DNA of 64,000 nt, from the NCBI GenBank assembly GCA_964016885.1, contig CAXHJY010000603.1:29270-93269 (forward strand), given 5' to 3'. The notes under the pieces are model-generated. The model was not told the origin of the DNA. It made no database searches and was given only the letters and a program-made list of their open reading frames with translations. Both the position numbers and the translations under genes were made by a program. Numbering within the stretch: the first letter of the stretch is position 1; each line of letters starts with the position of its first letter. Origin of the DNA: Eledone cirrhosa (Eukaryota). Positions 41,355 to 54,831 of this stretch are shown here, piece by piece.

Positions 41355-41485
41355 GTTCTGAGTTCAAATCCCACCACAGTCAGCTTTGCCTTTCATTTTA
41401 ACGGTGTTGAAAAATTAAAGTACCAGTAATACTTGGGGTCGGTTTAGTCAACTTTCCCTTCTCCCAAAACTGTTGGCCTTGTGGC
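41355..41485 (+). mobile_element. SINE family C
   Basis: GAGTTCAAATCCC..CTTTGCCTTTCAT..AAAGTACCAGT..GGCCTTGTG. Confidence 0.75.
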
Positions 41486-41499
41486 TATATATATATATA

Positions 41500-42285
<786 letters not shown>

Positions 42286-42689
42286 TTTGAGAAAGTGGTT
42301 TTCCTCGTTCATCTTTCTGCCAGAAGCTGAATATTTTTTTATGTAAGCTGACGGTAACTGATTTAGGAACCGCAGAAACCAAAAAACTGGAATTTACCAT
42401 CATTCTAGCGGGTCCGGGTAAATATTTTTCATTCATTTATATTATTATTTGTCTGACCCGAATTTTCCCGGTCGTTTTTTTCGGCTGTGCGAGTGATTTT
42501 AAGCATTGTCTCCGTGTGTTGGTATTTAAACGATAGTTATAGCTCTGGTTTATTCAAACTATTGAGCCCTTTGCCACGCATTTCGAAGATTGTGTTTCGT
42601 TATTTCGTGGGCCGAAATTCCGATTCTCGATAATTTATTTATATACATATATATACAGATATACATATACATATATATATACATATATT

Positions 42690-44336
42690 GTGACGACATG
42701 CTATTATTTATCGAAAATAATAACTGTGAATTTAATAGGAAAAGAAATTATACAATTTTTTAATTACCTTAATCTAAAAGTAGAAATAGAGAATATTCAT
42801 AAAATAGTTAATTTTCTAGATGTAACATTAAACCTTAACACATGTCTTCATTATCCATTTCACAAACTAAACGAGAACTTAAACTACGTTAATTTTAACT
42901 CTAATCACCCCAGATCCGTTAAAAATACTATAGTGAATTCTGTACAAACGCATTTCTAGAATTTCAGCTAATAAGAATATATTTGATGATAAAGCACATT
43001 ATTATAATGAAGCGTTAGGTAGAGCTGGATATAGAAATAAAATTAAATACATTGATAATAATAATATAACAACTAACCATAATCTTAACAATTTTAACTA
43101 CTATAATAGAAAACCTTACAATAATTCGGAAAACAAAAAAAAAATAGAACTAGGAACATATTATAGTTCGCTCCTCCTTTCTCATTAAATATTAAAACTC
43201 CTATTGCTAAACTATTTTTTAAAGCTCTTGACAAATGCTTCCCTAGAACACAGATATTATTCAATATTTAATAGACATACTATAAAATTAACTTATTCAT
43301 CCACCAAACATTTAGCGCAGAATATTAATAGAATTAATAATAGCAATTTAAAACCTAACCAAAATACAACTAAAAACCCCAGCAATATCCAATTTGATAA
43401 ATGTAACTGTCCGTTAAATAACAATTGCTTAGCTAAAAATATAGTATATAATTGTAATGTAAAAACTAATTTAAATTCAGTTAATTATGTATGATCTACT
43501 TCCACAGATTTTAAATCTCGTTTTAATAACCATAAAAGCTCTTTTACGCATTTAAACAAAACATCTTCAACTTCTCTATCTAGCTTATTATGGAACCTTA
43601 AATTAAAAAACGTTAAATATTCATTACTTTGGAATATTATTTCAAAAGCTACTCCTTTTAACTCCGCTTCAGAAAATTGTGATCTTTGTATAGAGGACAT
43701 ATTCTTTATATTAAAAAGCAAAAATTCCCTGAACGTAAGGAGCAATCTCTTCAGTTCCTGCAGACTTAGATTGAACTAAACGTTTAAATATAAATTTAAA
43801 ATGTAATATATAATTAATTCTATTAATATATTGAACCTATCGATAAATCATTAGATTCCTTCATTTGACTGCTTAAAACTCTCAAATATAAAAAAAATGT
43901 TCCTAGAAAATTTTTCTAGATAAACATACTGAAAGCTCTTAAAAGTGGAAAATATTTTCATTGAAGGTTTCTCCTATTTTTTAAAGTTTCTCTTTTGAAA
44001 GTGTCGCTTTCTTTTTCTTTGAAAATTTCCCATATGGTTATAAAAATTAAGTTAAACATACTGAGAATTAAATATTATATATAAAAAATTTAAATTTTTA
44101 TACTGAATTTTTTATACATATTCTTATTTTAAAAATATATCTTAAAATATTTTGTAATATTTTTAAAAATTATATTGCTTTAAGGTTATATTGCTTATAA
44201 TTGTAAGAATATATTTCCAAATCGTAATATAATTCATTTTTATTTTTATTTTATTTTATATATTTTGTACTTCAATTATACTATGTACTTTATATTCATC
44301 TGTATTTATATATATTTATATACATATATATATATT

Positions 44337-44421
<85 letters not shown>

Positions 44422-45297
44422 ATGATGCATGTCTACCGGTATGTGTATATATTTGTATGCGTATCTATGTGGGGGTTATGTATATGTACATATGCATACA
44501 ATTCGAATGCACTCGGGTATGGTATAAGGGTTTTCTTACGGTTTATGATAAGCAAACTTATATAATAACAGTCACAACTACATAACAGGTGGATTTATTA
44601 GATATAAAATTTATAAAATTTAATAAATAATAACATAAGGTTTGTATAATCTTAAATTTCATTTATTATCTTAACATTTATAACATTTAATATAAGTAAA
44701 TAACTTAATTTCCTTCACGCTGTTTTGCTATTATATAGAAATGATTTTCTCCGGTTTTTTCTCTGATTTTTTCTCTGATTTCTCCAAAATATCTATAAGT
44801 TTAGAAAAATTCCTATATCTTAAACATAAAAAGTTCTTTATTGTAAGTATGTATATGTATGTGTAGGTATATATATATATATATTTATATGTATATATAT
44901 GTATGTGAGCGTATGTATATATATATATGAATATATTCTTTTAATAATATATAGATTTTTTAATAATATATAGTTTTAATAATATATAGATTTTTTAATA
45001 ATATATAGATCTCAATAATTTAATTGATAAACTAAACATTTAATCATATTTAAACACTGGTTAAAATTCTCCAATTATTATTATTATTTATTTATTTTCT
45101 ATCCACGCTTATTGACTCTTCTTTACTCATCCAATAAATATTTATTTTTTCACTTCATCTTAAAAGTTACGCTAATACAACAACCTATCACTTAGAGCTT
45201 TCTCTTTCTCTTTCCCTTTTTCTCTTTTTTCTTCTCTTTCTCTTTCTCTTTTTCTTGTTTTCTTATTTTCCTCTTAGAGTTTGCTCTTTTTTCTTTT

Positions 45298-45328
<31 letters not shown>

Positions 45329-45650
45329 TTTCTTTTTCTTTTTCTCTTTCTTTGCTTTTCTTTCCCTTTCTCCATACCCCAACGGCTTATTTTAAATCTA
45401 CTGTGATTTAAACATATCCGACACTAATTTGCATAGTAGAATAAATAAATTTATAAGCCCACTATTCGCGAGCTTCCAACAGAAATGGTCGCATTCTTTA
45501 AGGGTATGTCAACATTTATTTATAAAACTGATCTATATATTTTATCTGATGAAAGCACACAATAATTTAACTTGGTGTCCTTGAAATATGTATAATGAAA
45601 TAAATATGGTTTTATAAATACAGTTTCCATTTGTTAATATATCGAATATA
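42690..45650 (+). mobile_element. Second Naiad-type PLE, degraded, with a long 3' region ending in a hammerhead
   Basis: VNFLDVTLNL..SNHP; CNCPLNNNCLAKNIVY..YV*ST..RFNNHK..CDLC fragments with stops and frameshifts to ~43800. Confidence 0.85.
45538..45602 (+). ncRNA. Hammerhead motif, family B
   Basis: TATTTTAT-CTGATGA-AAGCACAC..GTGTCCTT-GAAA TATGTA TA-ATGAAATA. Confidence 0.8.
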
Positions 45651-45652
45651 TA

Positions 45653-45682
<30 letters not shown>

Positions 45683-45683
<1 letters not shown>

Positions 45684-46092
45684 CATCATCATCATCATCA
45701 TCATCAGGTTTAGCGTCCGTGTTCCACGCTTGCATGGGTTTGGACGGGGGTTTTCCCACTTGAGGCAAGAGTGGTTGTCTTGCTCGCATAGGACTGTCTG
45801 GCGGGTTTTCTACAGTTGGATGCCCTTCCTAACACCAACCACATTTACAGTGTGGGGCTGGGAGGTTTTTACCGTGTTGCCTACACGGCCACATTACAGC
45901 GTGGACTGTCTGGCGGGTTTTCTACAGCTGGATGCCCTTCCTAACACCAACCACATTTACAGTGTGGGGCTGGGAGGTTTTTACCGTGTTGCCTACACGG
46001 CCACATTTACAGCGTGGACTGTGTGTTTTTTGTCGTGACACCTACACGATCTCATTTGTTTCGGCCTGGATGTTGTGGGACCAACATAACTG
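45683..46092 (-). mobile_element. RTE LINE 3' UTR with an internal ~110-bp tandem duplication
   Basis: Reverse complement of 3500-3790; the GGACTGTCTGGCGGGTTTTCTACAG block is repeated. Confidence 0.88.
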
Positions 46093-46503
46093 TACATATA
46101 TATATATATATATTTAAAAGAATAGAGGTGTAACACACAACTTATGATATATTGGTAAACGGAATAGAAAATGCTGACAAATTGTTCACAGTGAAAAATA
46201 GTTTAAATAGGAATAAGTGATAATTAGTAATAGTATTGGTTAGTATTAAGTTTTGGTTTTAAGTTTTACCGGTTGCGCATTTCTAATGCTTTTCAAAAAT
46301 AATTTTGAGATAGAGCGTCCGTGATGTTTGCTCTGATCTGATTAGATTTGGGAATTCTACCTGTTTTTATGTTTAAAAAGTGTCCATGCTATAGCGACTG
46401 AGTTCCCTCGACACCAAAGTAGATCTACTTTCAGGGTGAGTTTTACTGGACTGGGAATCCATTAAAGTTGTTAGATTCCAGCATCTAATATACAGAGGTT
46501 TGA

Positions 46504-46563
<60 letters not shown>

Positions 46564-46761
46564 GTATATTCATGTGTGCATGTGTTCGTATATGCGCGGG
46601 CACATAGTCGGGCTGGATACCCAATTGCGCAGTTAAATCACTGGGAGTGAAGGACCCCTAGCCTTTATCAGGGCATCCTTCGAGGAGAAGGCAACTCAGG
46701 AAACTGGGATAACACCGATATAAAACCTGTGTCTCAGTAGTTACCGATGATGTTGATCTTT

Positions 46762-47426
46762 TCCAAGAGGACGTGTCCAAGATGCGAGCAGGACATTGAA
46801 ACCGCCCTGCACGCAATTGTACACTGCCCGGGCGTAACCGACCTGTGGAACTACGCAGAACAACTGCTGTCGCGTGTGGGACAAATCTAGTTGACTGCTG
46901 AGTCTATAGTAAGGATCAAACCGCCAACTTCTTTCAAAAACGAAAGAGAGGCGGTTTTCCTCTGTATAGTGGCTATGGTGAAAGAGGTTATATGGTGGAC
47001 GAGATTGAGAGGACTGAGGACAGATGCCTTTCTCTCCGGTCAACAACTCATTCCCTTCTATAGGTACCTCTTTAGAAAGAGAATCAGAGTGGATAGAGAG
47101 GCACTGCACCCCAGTACATTTACTGAAAGGTGGGTGAACATGGCAAAAATGGCCCGAGTGATTGGGCCTTCTCTGTATATAAACCTGTAGGTTGAAGAAG
47201 AGAACAAAAGGAAGAAAGGAGCACTTGCACAACATGCTCCTGAAGTTGAGGGTTGTTCTATCTACGGGGTATTAAACAAACATTTGTGGCGCCTCCCTCC
47301 TATTGGGGATTTCCAATGTTATATTTGTTTGTTTCAATATTTTTACACGACTGTATATAAAATCCCCGGCATGTGTCTTTGTTTTGTCCCCTTTTCTTGT
47401 GCGCCCTTGTGGCTAATAAAGAAATA
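46762..47426 (+). mobile_element. L1/Tx1-like LINE 3' fragment
   Basis: CPRC..ETALHAIVHCP..W; ends AATAAAGAAAT; close to 54060-54727. Confidence 0.85.
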
Positions 47427-47450
47427 TATCTATCTAACGTGTGTATTGTA

Positions 47451-47496
<46 letters not shown>

Positions 47497-47497
47497 A

Positions 47498-47679
47498 GTA
47501 ATAGTAGTGGTAGTGGTGATGGTGGTAGTAGTAGTAGCAGTAGTAGTAGTAGTAGTAGCAGCAGTAGTAGTAGTAGCAGTAGTAGTAGCAGTAGTGGTAG
47601 TAGTAGCGGTAGTAGTAGTAGTAGTAGCAGCAGCAGTAGTAGTAGTACTAGTAGTATCAGTATCAGTAATAGTAGTAGC

Positions 47680-47711
<32 letters not shown>

Positions 47712-47987
47712 CATGAGTAGTAAGTAGTAGTAGTAGTAGTAGTAGTAGCAGTAGTGGTAGTAGTAGTATTAGTAGTAGTAGTAGTGGTGGTAGTAGTAGT
47801 AGTAGCAGTAGTAGTAGTAGTAGTAGTAGTAGTAGCATGAGTAGTAGTAGTAGCAACAGTAGTAGCAGTATCAGTAGTAGTAGTAGCAGTAGTAGTAGCA
47901 ATAGAAGTAGTAATAGCAGCAGTAGTAGTAGTAGTAGCAATAGTAGTAGTAGCAGTAGTAGTAGTAGTAGTAGCAGTAGTAGTAGTA
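47498..47987. repeat. (AGT)n/(AGC)n trinucleotide tract
   Basis: Visible. Confidence 0.95.
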
Positions 47988-48258
47988 GGTTGTGAGTTCG
48001 ATCCCCAGTGTCCTTGAGCAAGACATTTTACTTCACATTGCTACAGTCCATTCAGCAGGTAAAACATGAGTTGTACCTGTAATTCAAAGGGTCAGCCTTT
48101 TCACATTATGTCTTATGCTGAATCTCCCTGAGAACTGTGTTAAAGGTACAGATGTCTGTGGAATGCTCAGCCACTTGCTAGTTAATTTCACGAGCAGGCT
48201 GTTCTGTTGGTCATATCAACTGGAACACTCACCGTTGTAACTGACGGAGTACCCAGTC
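47988..48258 (+). mobile_element. SINE family B
   Basis: B-box GAGTTCGATCCC, TCCTTGAGCAAGAC core and CTGAATCTCCCTGAGAAC; partner at 52119-52512. Confidence 0.82.
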
Positions 48259-48299
48259 TTTCAATATTCTTAGCTGGGCTTTCAAAATGTTTATTTATT

Positions 48300-48529
48300 A
48301 AACATACTGTATATCGATGGATATAGAAAAGTCAGATACATGTATGTATACAGCTGAAGATATATATATATATATATATATATATGACATACTGTATATC
48401 GTTGGATATAGAAAAGTCAGATACATGTATGTATACAGCTGAAGATATATATATATATATATATATATATGACATACTGTATATCGTTGGATATAGAAAA
48501 GTCACATACATGTATGTATACAGCTGAAG

Positions 48530-48540
<11 letters not shown>
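48300..48540 (+). repeat. Tandem ~60-nt unit alternating with (TA)n
   Basis: TGACATACTGTATATCGTTGGATATAGAAAAGTCA(C/G)ATACATGTATGTATACAGCTGAAGA x3; also at 49460-49625 (x2), 51222-51450 (x2) and partially at 21948-21990. Confidence 0.9.
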
Positions 48541-48563
<23 letters not shown>

Positions 48564-48581
48564 TATATATATATACTACTA

Positions 48582-49420
48582 TAATATAAGATCAAAAGAT
48601 GGTTAAAGGAGTTCCATGTATTTTATTATGCGCATTTCAAAAACAAACATCATCATGCAATAATATTTGTGTTTTCATCAGATAAAACAGGAGAACATGA
48701 TATGAAGGCTAAAAAACACTTGTGGATAGTACAGTTTTAAATCAACATATGAAAAGTGGTTTTAGATTGATGTGTGATATTGGGAAAAATATTTTATTTA
48801 GAGAGGGGGGGGGTGGAAAGGATGAAAAAGGGGAGGAGATGAGAGGGAGAGATGGGTGATAGAGAGAAAGAGATAGTTTTTATAACTGAGAGAAGATATA
48901 TTGTTTTACATAGAGAGGTTGAAAACCGTTGGAAGATAATGTATAAATTAAAAGAATTTGAAAATTAACGAAGGGAAGATATGTACGAGGAAAAAATATT
49001 TTATTTAGGGAGGGGGGGGTGGAAAGGATGAAAAAAGGGGGAGGAGATGAGAGTGAAGGTGGAGAGGGAGAGATGGGTGATAGAGAGAAAGAGATAGTTT
49101 TTATAACTGAGAAAAGATATATTGTTTTACATAGAGAGGTTGAGAACCGTTGGAAGATAATGTATAAATTAAAAGAATTTGAAAAAGTGTTTTTTAGCCT
49201 TCATATCATGTTCTGTTTTATCTGATGAAAACACAAATATTATTGCATGATGATGTTTGTTTTTGAAATGCGCATAATAAAATACATGGAACTCCTTTAA
49301 CCATCTTTTGATCTTATATTATGTATACTCCAGTCCTACAAACTGTAGAGTGCTTCTTATCCGATATCTGCATTGCTTTATTGTACTACAATAAAACTCA
49401 CCTCCTACATATATACTACT
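48582..49420. mobile_element. Inverted-arm + tail element with hammerhead family C
   Basis: Arms ~48582-48722 and ~49185-49322; internal direct repeat 48783-48965 / 48990-49185; tail on the right. Confidence 0.82.
49214..49284 (+). ncRNA. Hammerhead motif, family C (mirror copy at 48619-48689, minus)
   Basis: TGTTTTAT-CTGATGA-AAACACAAATATTAT..ATGATGTTTGTTTTT-GAAA TGCGCA TA-ATAAAATA. Confidence 0.85.
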
Positions 49421-49530
49421 ATATATATATATATATGTACTGTGTAGATGTATATATATATGACATACTGTATATCGTTGGATATAGAAAAGTCACATAC
49501 ATGTATGTATACAGCTGAAGATATATATAT

Positions 49531-49562
<32 letters not shown>

Positions 49563-49671
49563 GACATACTGTATATCGTTGGATGTAGAAAAGTCAGATA
49601 CATGTATGTATACAGCTGAAGATATATATATATATATATATACTACTATATATATATACATACTACTACTG

Positions 49672-49711
<40 letters not shown>

Positions 49712-49733
49712 TGTATATATATATATATATATA

Positions 49734-49800
<67 letters not shown>

Positions 49801-49843
49801 GAAAGTAAAACAAAGAAGCATTCAATACATCAAAAGTCTTTAT

Positions 49844-49885
49844 TAGCCAACAATGTTTCGTCCTATTAGGGACTCATCAGGGCAA
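49844..49885 (-). ncRNA. Near-canonical minimal hammerhead motif
   Basis: TTGCC-CTGATGA-GTCC CTAATA GGAC-GAAAC ATT GTT-GGCTA. Confidence 0.82.
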
Positions 49886-50208
49886 TTAAAACAACAAGAA
49901 GTATTATCGGCCAATACAAGCCGGAAACTCCGAAGAATATGGAGTGTACATACACTAAAGTATTGCAAGATTATGGGTAAAAATATATAATAAAAATATA
50001 TAATAAAAATCACTAAGGGGGTGTATAACATTAAGAACCATATTACAAATATAGTCCAAAGCAAAAAAACCCTAGAGCTAAACAAAGGTGGTTATATAGG
50101 TGGTTCATAATTCTTCGGCTCTGTTTAACTACATTGAGCTATACCTTTTCCTGTCATTTCTATAATACGAAGAGGGTGTTTAACTCCAACACGCTCCAGT
50201 ATTTTAAC

Positions 50209-50261
<53 letters not shown>

Positions 50262-50294
50262 AAGAAATTAAAAGATGGTTAAAAAAGTTCCATG

Positions 50295-50365
50295 TATTTT
50301 ATTATACGCATTTCACAAACAAATATCATCCTGGGACGATATTTGCGTTCTCATCAGATAAAATA
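50295..50365 (-). ncRNA. Hammerhead motif, family C, diverged third copy
   Basis: TATTTTAT-CTGATGA-GAACGCAAATATCGTC..GATGATATTTGTTTGT-GAAA TGCGTA TA-ATAAAATA. Confidence 0.78.
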
Positions 50366-50963
50366 GGGAGACATGATATGATGCCTAGAAAAACACTTGT
50401 GAACAAGGTAGTATCTAGTCAATATATGATAAATAAATTTAAAAGGATATAGAAGATTGGAAAAAAGGGAAGGAAGGGGAAAAAAAGGAAGGAAGAGGAA
50501 GAGAGGAAAAAAGAAGGAGAGGATAACGGAGCAAGAAGGAAGGAGGAGAGAGAAAGAGAGAGAGAGAAAGAGAAAGAGACAGAGAGAGAGAGATAAACAT
50601 TTAAACTGAAAAACGCTGACACCACTGAAAAATAACTGAATAACGGTTGTAAAATTAATTAAATTAAAAAATTAAAAATTGATGAGGTTTATGATTGATG
50701 ATGTTTATGATTACAGAGATAGAAATTAAGTATACTATTTATTTAGGGTTTATATACCGAACGATTTATTAAGAGGTGCGAAAAAGTTTTATTAAATGTA
50801 TTATTAAAATAAAATAAAGATAAGGTGAATTATAATAAAATTAAATGATTTATAAGCTTAGAAGACGATATAGGGTCCTAGTTTGTTTAAATAGATTGTA
50901 ATTGAAAAAGTATTTCTGTGAAAAAGTAATTATTTAAGCAAAGACAAGCACGGAATGAGAGAA

Positions 50964-51033
<70 letters not shown>

Positions 51034-51071
51034 GGTATGTTAAAATTTATTTATAAAACTGGTATATATTG

Positions 51072-51136
51072 TATTTTGTCTGATGAAAGCATACCATAAT
51101 TTAACATGGTATCCTTGAAATATGTATAATAAAATA
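51072..51136 (+). ncRNA. Hammerhead motif, family B
   Basis: TATTTTGT-CTGATGA-AAGCATACCAT..ATGGTATCCTT-GAAA TATGTA TA-ATAAAATA. Confidence 0.8.
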
Positions 51137-51175
51137 GATATGGTTTTATATATATAGTTTCCATTTGTTAATATC

Positions 51176-51225
<50 letters not shown>

Positions 51226-51293
51226 CATACTGTATATCGTTGGATATAGAAAAGTCACATACATGTATGTATACAGCTGAAGATATATATATA

Positions 51294-51326
<33 letters not shown>

Positions 51327-51356
51327 GAATATACGCATACACACACACACACACAC

Positions 51357-51391
<35 letters not shown>

Positions 51392-51540
51392 CATACTGTA
51401 TATCGTTGGATATAGAAAAGTCACATACATGTATGTATACAGCTGAAGATATATATATATATGTGTGTGTGTATATATATATATATGAATATACGCATAC
51501 ACACACACACATCTATCTATCTATCTATCTATCTATCTAA

Positions 51541-52084
51541 TATCCAGTTGACCACCGAGTCCATTGTCATGATCAAACCGCCACCCTCCTTCAAAAACGA
51601 AGGAGAGGCGGTTTTCCTTTGTGTGATAGCTATGGCGAAAGAGGTTGTATGGTGGACAAGGTTGAAAGGGCTGAGGTCAGACACCTTTCTCTCCGGCCAA
51701 CTGATTCTTTTTTTCAAATACCACTTTGGAAGAAGAATCAGAATGGAGAGAGAGGTGCTGTACCCCAGCAAGTTTTATGAAAGGAGGGTGAAGGTGGCGA
51801 GAATGGCCCGAGTGAATGGGCCTTCTCTCTATATCAGCCTGTAGGTTGAGGAAAAGGAGGAGGAGAGGAAAGGAGTACAAGCTCTTCGTACTCCTGGAGA
51901 TGAGGGTTGCACATTTTTTTTCGGGGGTATGTGTTACCCATATAAACTGTCTCCCTCTATTGGGGAAAATCGACTAACTTTTAAATTCCATCTGTGATAA
52001 CATTTTACACGTTTTTATTGTATGTAAACTTCCCCCTTTGTATTTGTCCCCTTCTTTTGTGCCCCTGTGGCTAATAAAGAAATA
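51541..52084 (+). mobile_element. L1/Tx1-like LINE 3' end
   Basis: ESIV.IKPP.SF..AVFLC..KEVVWWTRL; ends AATAAAGAAAT then (TATC)n. Confidence 0.85.
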
Positions 52085-52118
52085 TATCTATCTATCTATA
52101 TATATATATATATATATA

Positions 52119-52512
52119 ACGTAGTTCTCAGGGAGATTCAGCATGACACAGAATGTGACAAAGTTGGTCTTTCGAATTACAGGTACAGGGTGGCCCAAAA
52201 GTCATACAGGGGTTTTAGTTTTTATTAACTTCCTGAATTGTACAGATTGATATATGAAATGTTGACACAACTTAAATGGAAATTATTTTGTATTTGTCAA
52301 TCCTTGTCACACCTCTACTTTACTTATGAATAATTAAATAAAATAATTATAAACAGTTGCGACCCCTGTGTGACTTTTGGGCCACCCTGTACCACTGATG
52401 TTTACCAGCTGAGTGGACTGGAGCAATGTGAAATAAAATGTCTTGCTCAAGGACACAATGTACTGCTGGGAATCATGAGACAAATACCCTAACCACAAAG
52501 CCATGTACCTTC
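52119..52512 (-). mobile_element. SINE family B split by a MITE
   Basis: Reverse complement of 47988-48140 on both sides of the MITE. Confidence 0.8.
52186..52389. mobile_element. Tc1/mariner-type MITE, 204 bp
   Basis: 27-bp TIRs CAGGGTGGCCCAAAAGTCA(T/C)ACAGGGG; TA on both sides (52184-52185, 52390-52391). Confidence 0.92.
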
Positions 52513-52764
52513 ATACATTGTAGAATATGAAAGTGAAAGGTGGGTCTGTTTAGGGAGCCCTTCAATGTAAGTGGCTTAGGGTTACCAAGGTAACAAGTGA
52601 GAAGAGAATTGAGAGAGATGGATTAGAAAATAAAAGGGCCAGTATGACTGATTGTTACCTTAGTAATTTAGCAGTCCCTAAATATTTCGGATTTACCTGA
52701 CATTATCTAGGAGGTGGTCCGAAAAATTTGGGGACTAATAAATTACAATAGTAACAATAATTGA

Positions 52765-52953
52765 CTACTTGACTGAAGATGAGATCTGAGCCATAATACT
52801 AAAGCCCTAAAACTTCTAACTGGTTCTGGAAGTTTCCACATCAACAGTGACATAGACCACCTCTATCTGAAACATAAAAAGGGAGGCAGTGGCTTAGCAT
52901 CAGTCCAGACAATGTTTGAATGTCACATCATATCCTTCTGAAAACATCTACGA
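52765..52953 (+). pseudogene. R4/Dong-like non-LTR retrotransposon fragment
   Basis: KALKLLTGSGSFHINSDIDHLYLKHKKGGSGL, matching the post-RT 'RLYLxRxxGGRGL' motif; contains stops. Confidence 0.7.
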
Positions 52954-53022
52954 ACCTTACCATTTCTGTCCATTCCCTTGTCTTTAGATTGCCTCACAGA
53001 CGTAACCTTATTACATAAAGTT

Positions 53023-53099
53023 GCTGTCTGATGATATCACGTGGTCACATGATTGTTCAATCATGTGACCATGATTATCATTATAATGTGTATCACAGC
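53023..53099 (+). ncRNA. Degenerate hammerhead-like motif
   Basis: GCTGT-CTGATGA-hairpin with a perfect 14-bp TGGTCACATGATTG/CAATCATGTGACCA stem-(GAAA missing)-TC-ACAGC. Confidence 0.5.
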
Positions 53100-53299
53100 T
53101 TTGTTAATAAAGAACTTTTAACATCTACACCAAACTTCACATTTTCCTTACTATATATATATGTTGATGACATACACACATTGGTATACATTGGAAGGGT
53201 CCTGCTGCCAATAAAACTACACAGCTGCTGGATTTCATTTCAAATTTTCACAAAAACAAGTTGGTGTAGTACAAAAAAAGAAGAGACCAAAATAACTAC

Positions 53300-53475
53300 A
53301 AAAGTAGTCACTGAGGAGGTGACAGAATGTGTGACAAAAGATCTTTGACAATCAACAACTAAACAACCATCTGGTTATTAAACTAGCCGAATAATAATAC
53401 TAATAAATTGAAGTGAAACCAACAAGTGCGTGTGTTTTTATTGGCAGCATGACCTCCCAAAGTATAACAATATCT
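53300..53475 (+). mobile_element. PLE 3' end relic with hammerhead family F (GAAA>AAAA)
   Basis: Homologous to 23705-23890; GTCA-CTGAGGA..AAAAG AT CTT-TGAC at 53307-53349. Confidence 0.75.
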
Positions 53476-53543
53476 GTTACAACCCGTTTTCAGGTTAAAA
53501 ATCTTGAAAAACAAATTCAAAACCGAGTATACATATCTATCTA

Positions 53544-53595
<52 letters not shown>

Positions 53596-53597
<2 letters not shown>

Positions 53598-54727
53598 TGG
53601 GAATGTCGTGGCTGATGATGCGCAAACATGCGCTAAGGCTGCAGCATATCCAGGTATTCCTCACCGACCCCCAAACGGTGTGGGCACCGTTTGTGAGACA
53701 GGCTTTCCCGCAGCTCATCTCGCTAACGGAGCTGCTGTCCTGGATAAAAAAAATGCCGAAAACGATGGGCACCTGGCACATTGAATGCGCTCAGCCGCTC
53801 ACAGTCCTCTGCCAAGCATGCACAGCAATCAGTGGAGACTCCACTTCGACATTCTATAGAGGGATTGTACGTTACGAGGGCGACGTCGTGCTCGGAGAGA
53901 CCCTGGGCATCGAAGACGATGAGCTCACCAGTCTGTTTGGTAGGACTTCCGCCCGGGACCTATGGACAACTTCCAGAGGTCCCTGGCCTGGCAGTGCTAC
54001 CGAGGAGCTCTACCGGTTCGTGACAAGATCTACAGGCACGGACGCCCCGGCAGGGATCCTTCAAAGAGGACGTGTCCAAGATGCGCGCAGGACATTGAAA
54101 CCGTCCTGCACGCAATTGTACACTGCCCGGGCGTAACCGACCTGTGGAACTATGCAGAACAACTGCTGTCGCGTATGTCACAAATCCAGTTGACTGCTGA
54201 GTCCATAGTAAGGATCAAACCGCCAGCCTCTTTCAAAAACGAAAGAGAGGAGGTTTTCCTCTGTACAATGGCTATGGTGAAAGAAGTTATATGGTGGACG
54301 AGATTAAGAGGACTGAGGACAGATGCCTTTCTCTCCAGACAACAACTCATTCCCTTCTTTAAGTATCACTTTAGAAGGAGAATCAGAGTGGATAGAGAGG
54401 TACTGCACCCCAGTAAATTTACTGAAAGGTGGGTGAACGTGGCAAAAATGGCCCGAGTGATTGGGCCTTCTCTGTTTATAAACCTGTAGGTTAAAGAAGC
54501 GAGCAAAAGGTAGAAAGGAGCACTTGCACAACATACTCCTGGAGTTGAGGGTTGTTCTATCTACGGGGTATTAAACAAACCTTTTGTGGCGTTTCCCCCT
54601 TATTGGGGATTTCGATTGTTGTAATTATTTTTTTTTGTTTGTTTTTTTGCACGAGTGTATGTAAAATCCCCGGCATGTCTTTGTATTGTCCCCTTTTATT
54701 GTGCGTCCTTGTGGCAAATAAAGAAAT
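53596..54727 (+). mobile_element. L1/Tx1-like LINE 3' fragment, frameshifted
   Basis: LAWQCYRGALPVRDK..CPRC..ETVLHAIVHCP..W (zf-RVT); ends AATAAAGAAAT. Confidence 0.88.
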
Positions 54728-54741
54728 CTCTCTATCTCTAT

Positions 54742-54831
<90 letters not shown>

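Noticed and set aside
43492-43494. In-frame TGA as selenocysteine (reported for some Naiad elements)
   Set aside because: It replaces the Gly of the YIG motif rather than a Cys, in a copy with other stops and frameshifts. The intact Naiad ORF has no in-frame TGA.
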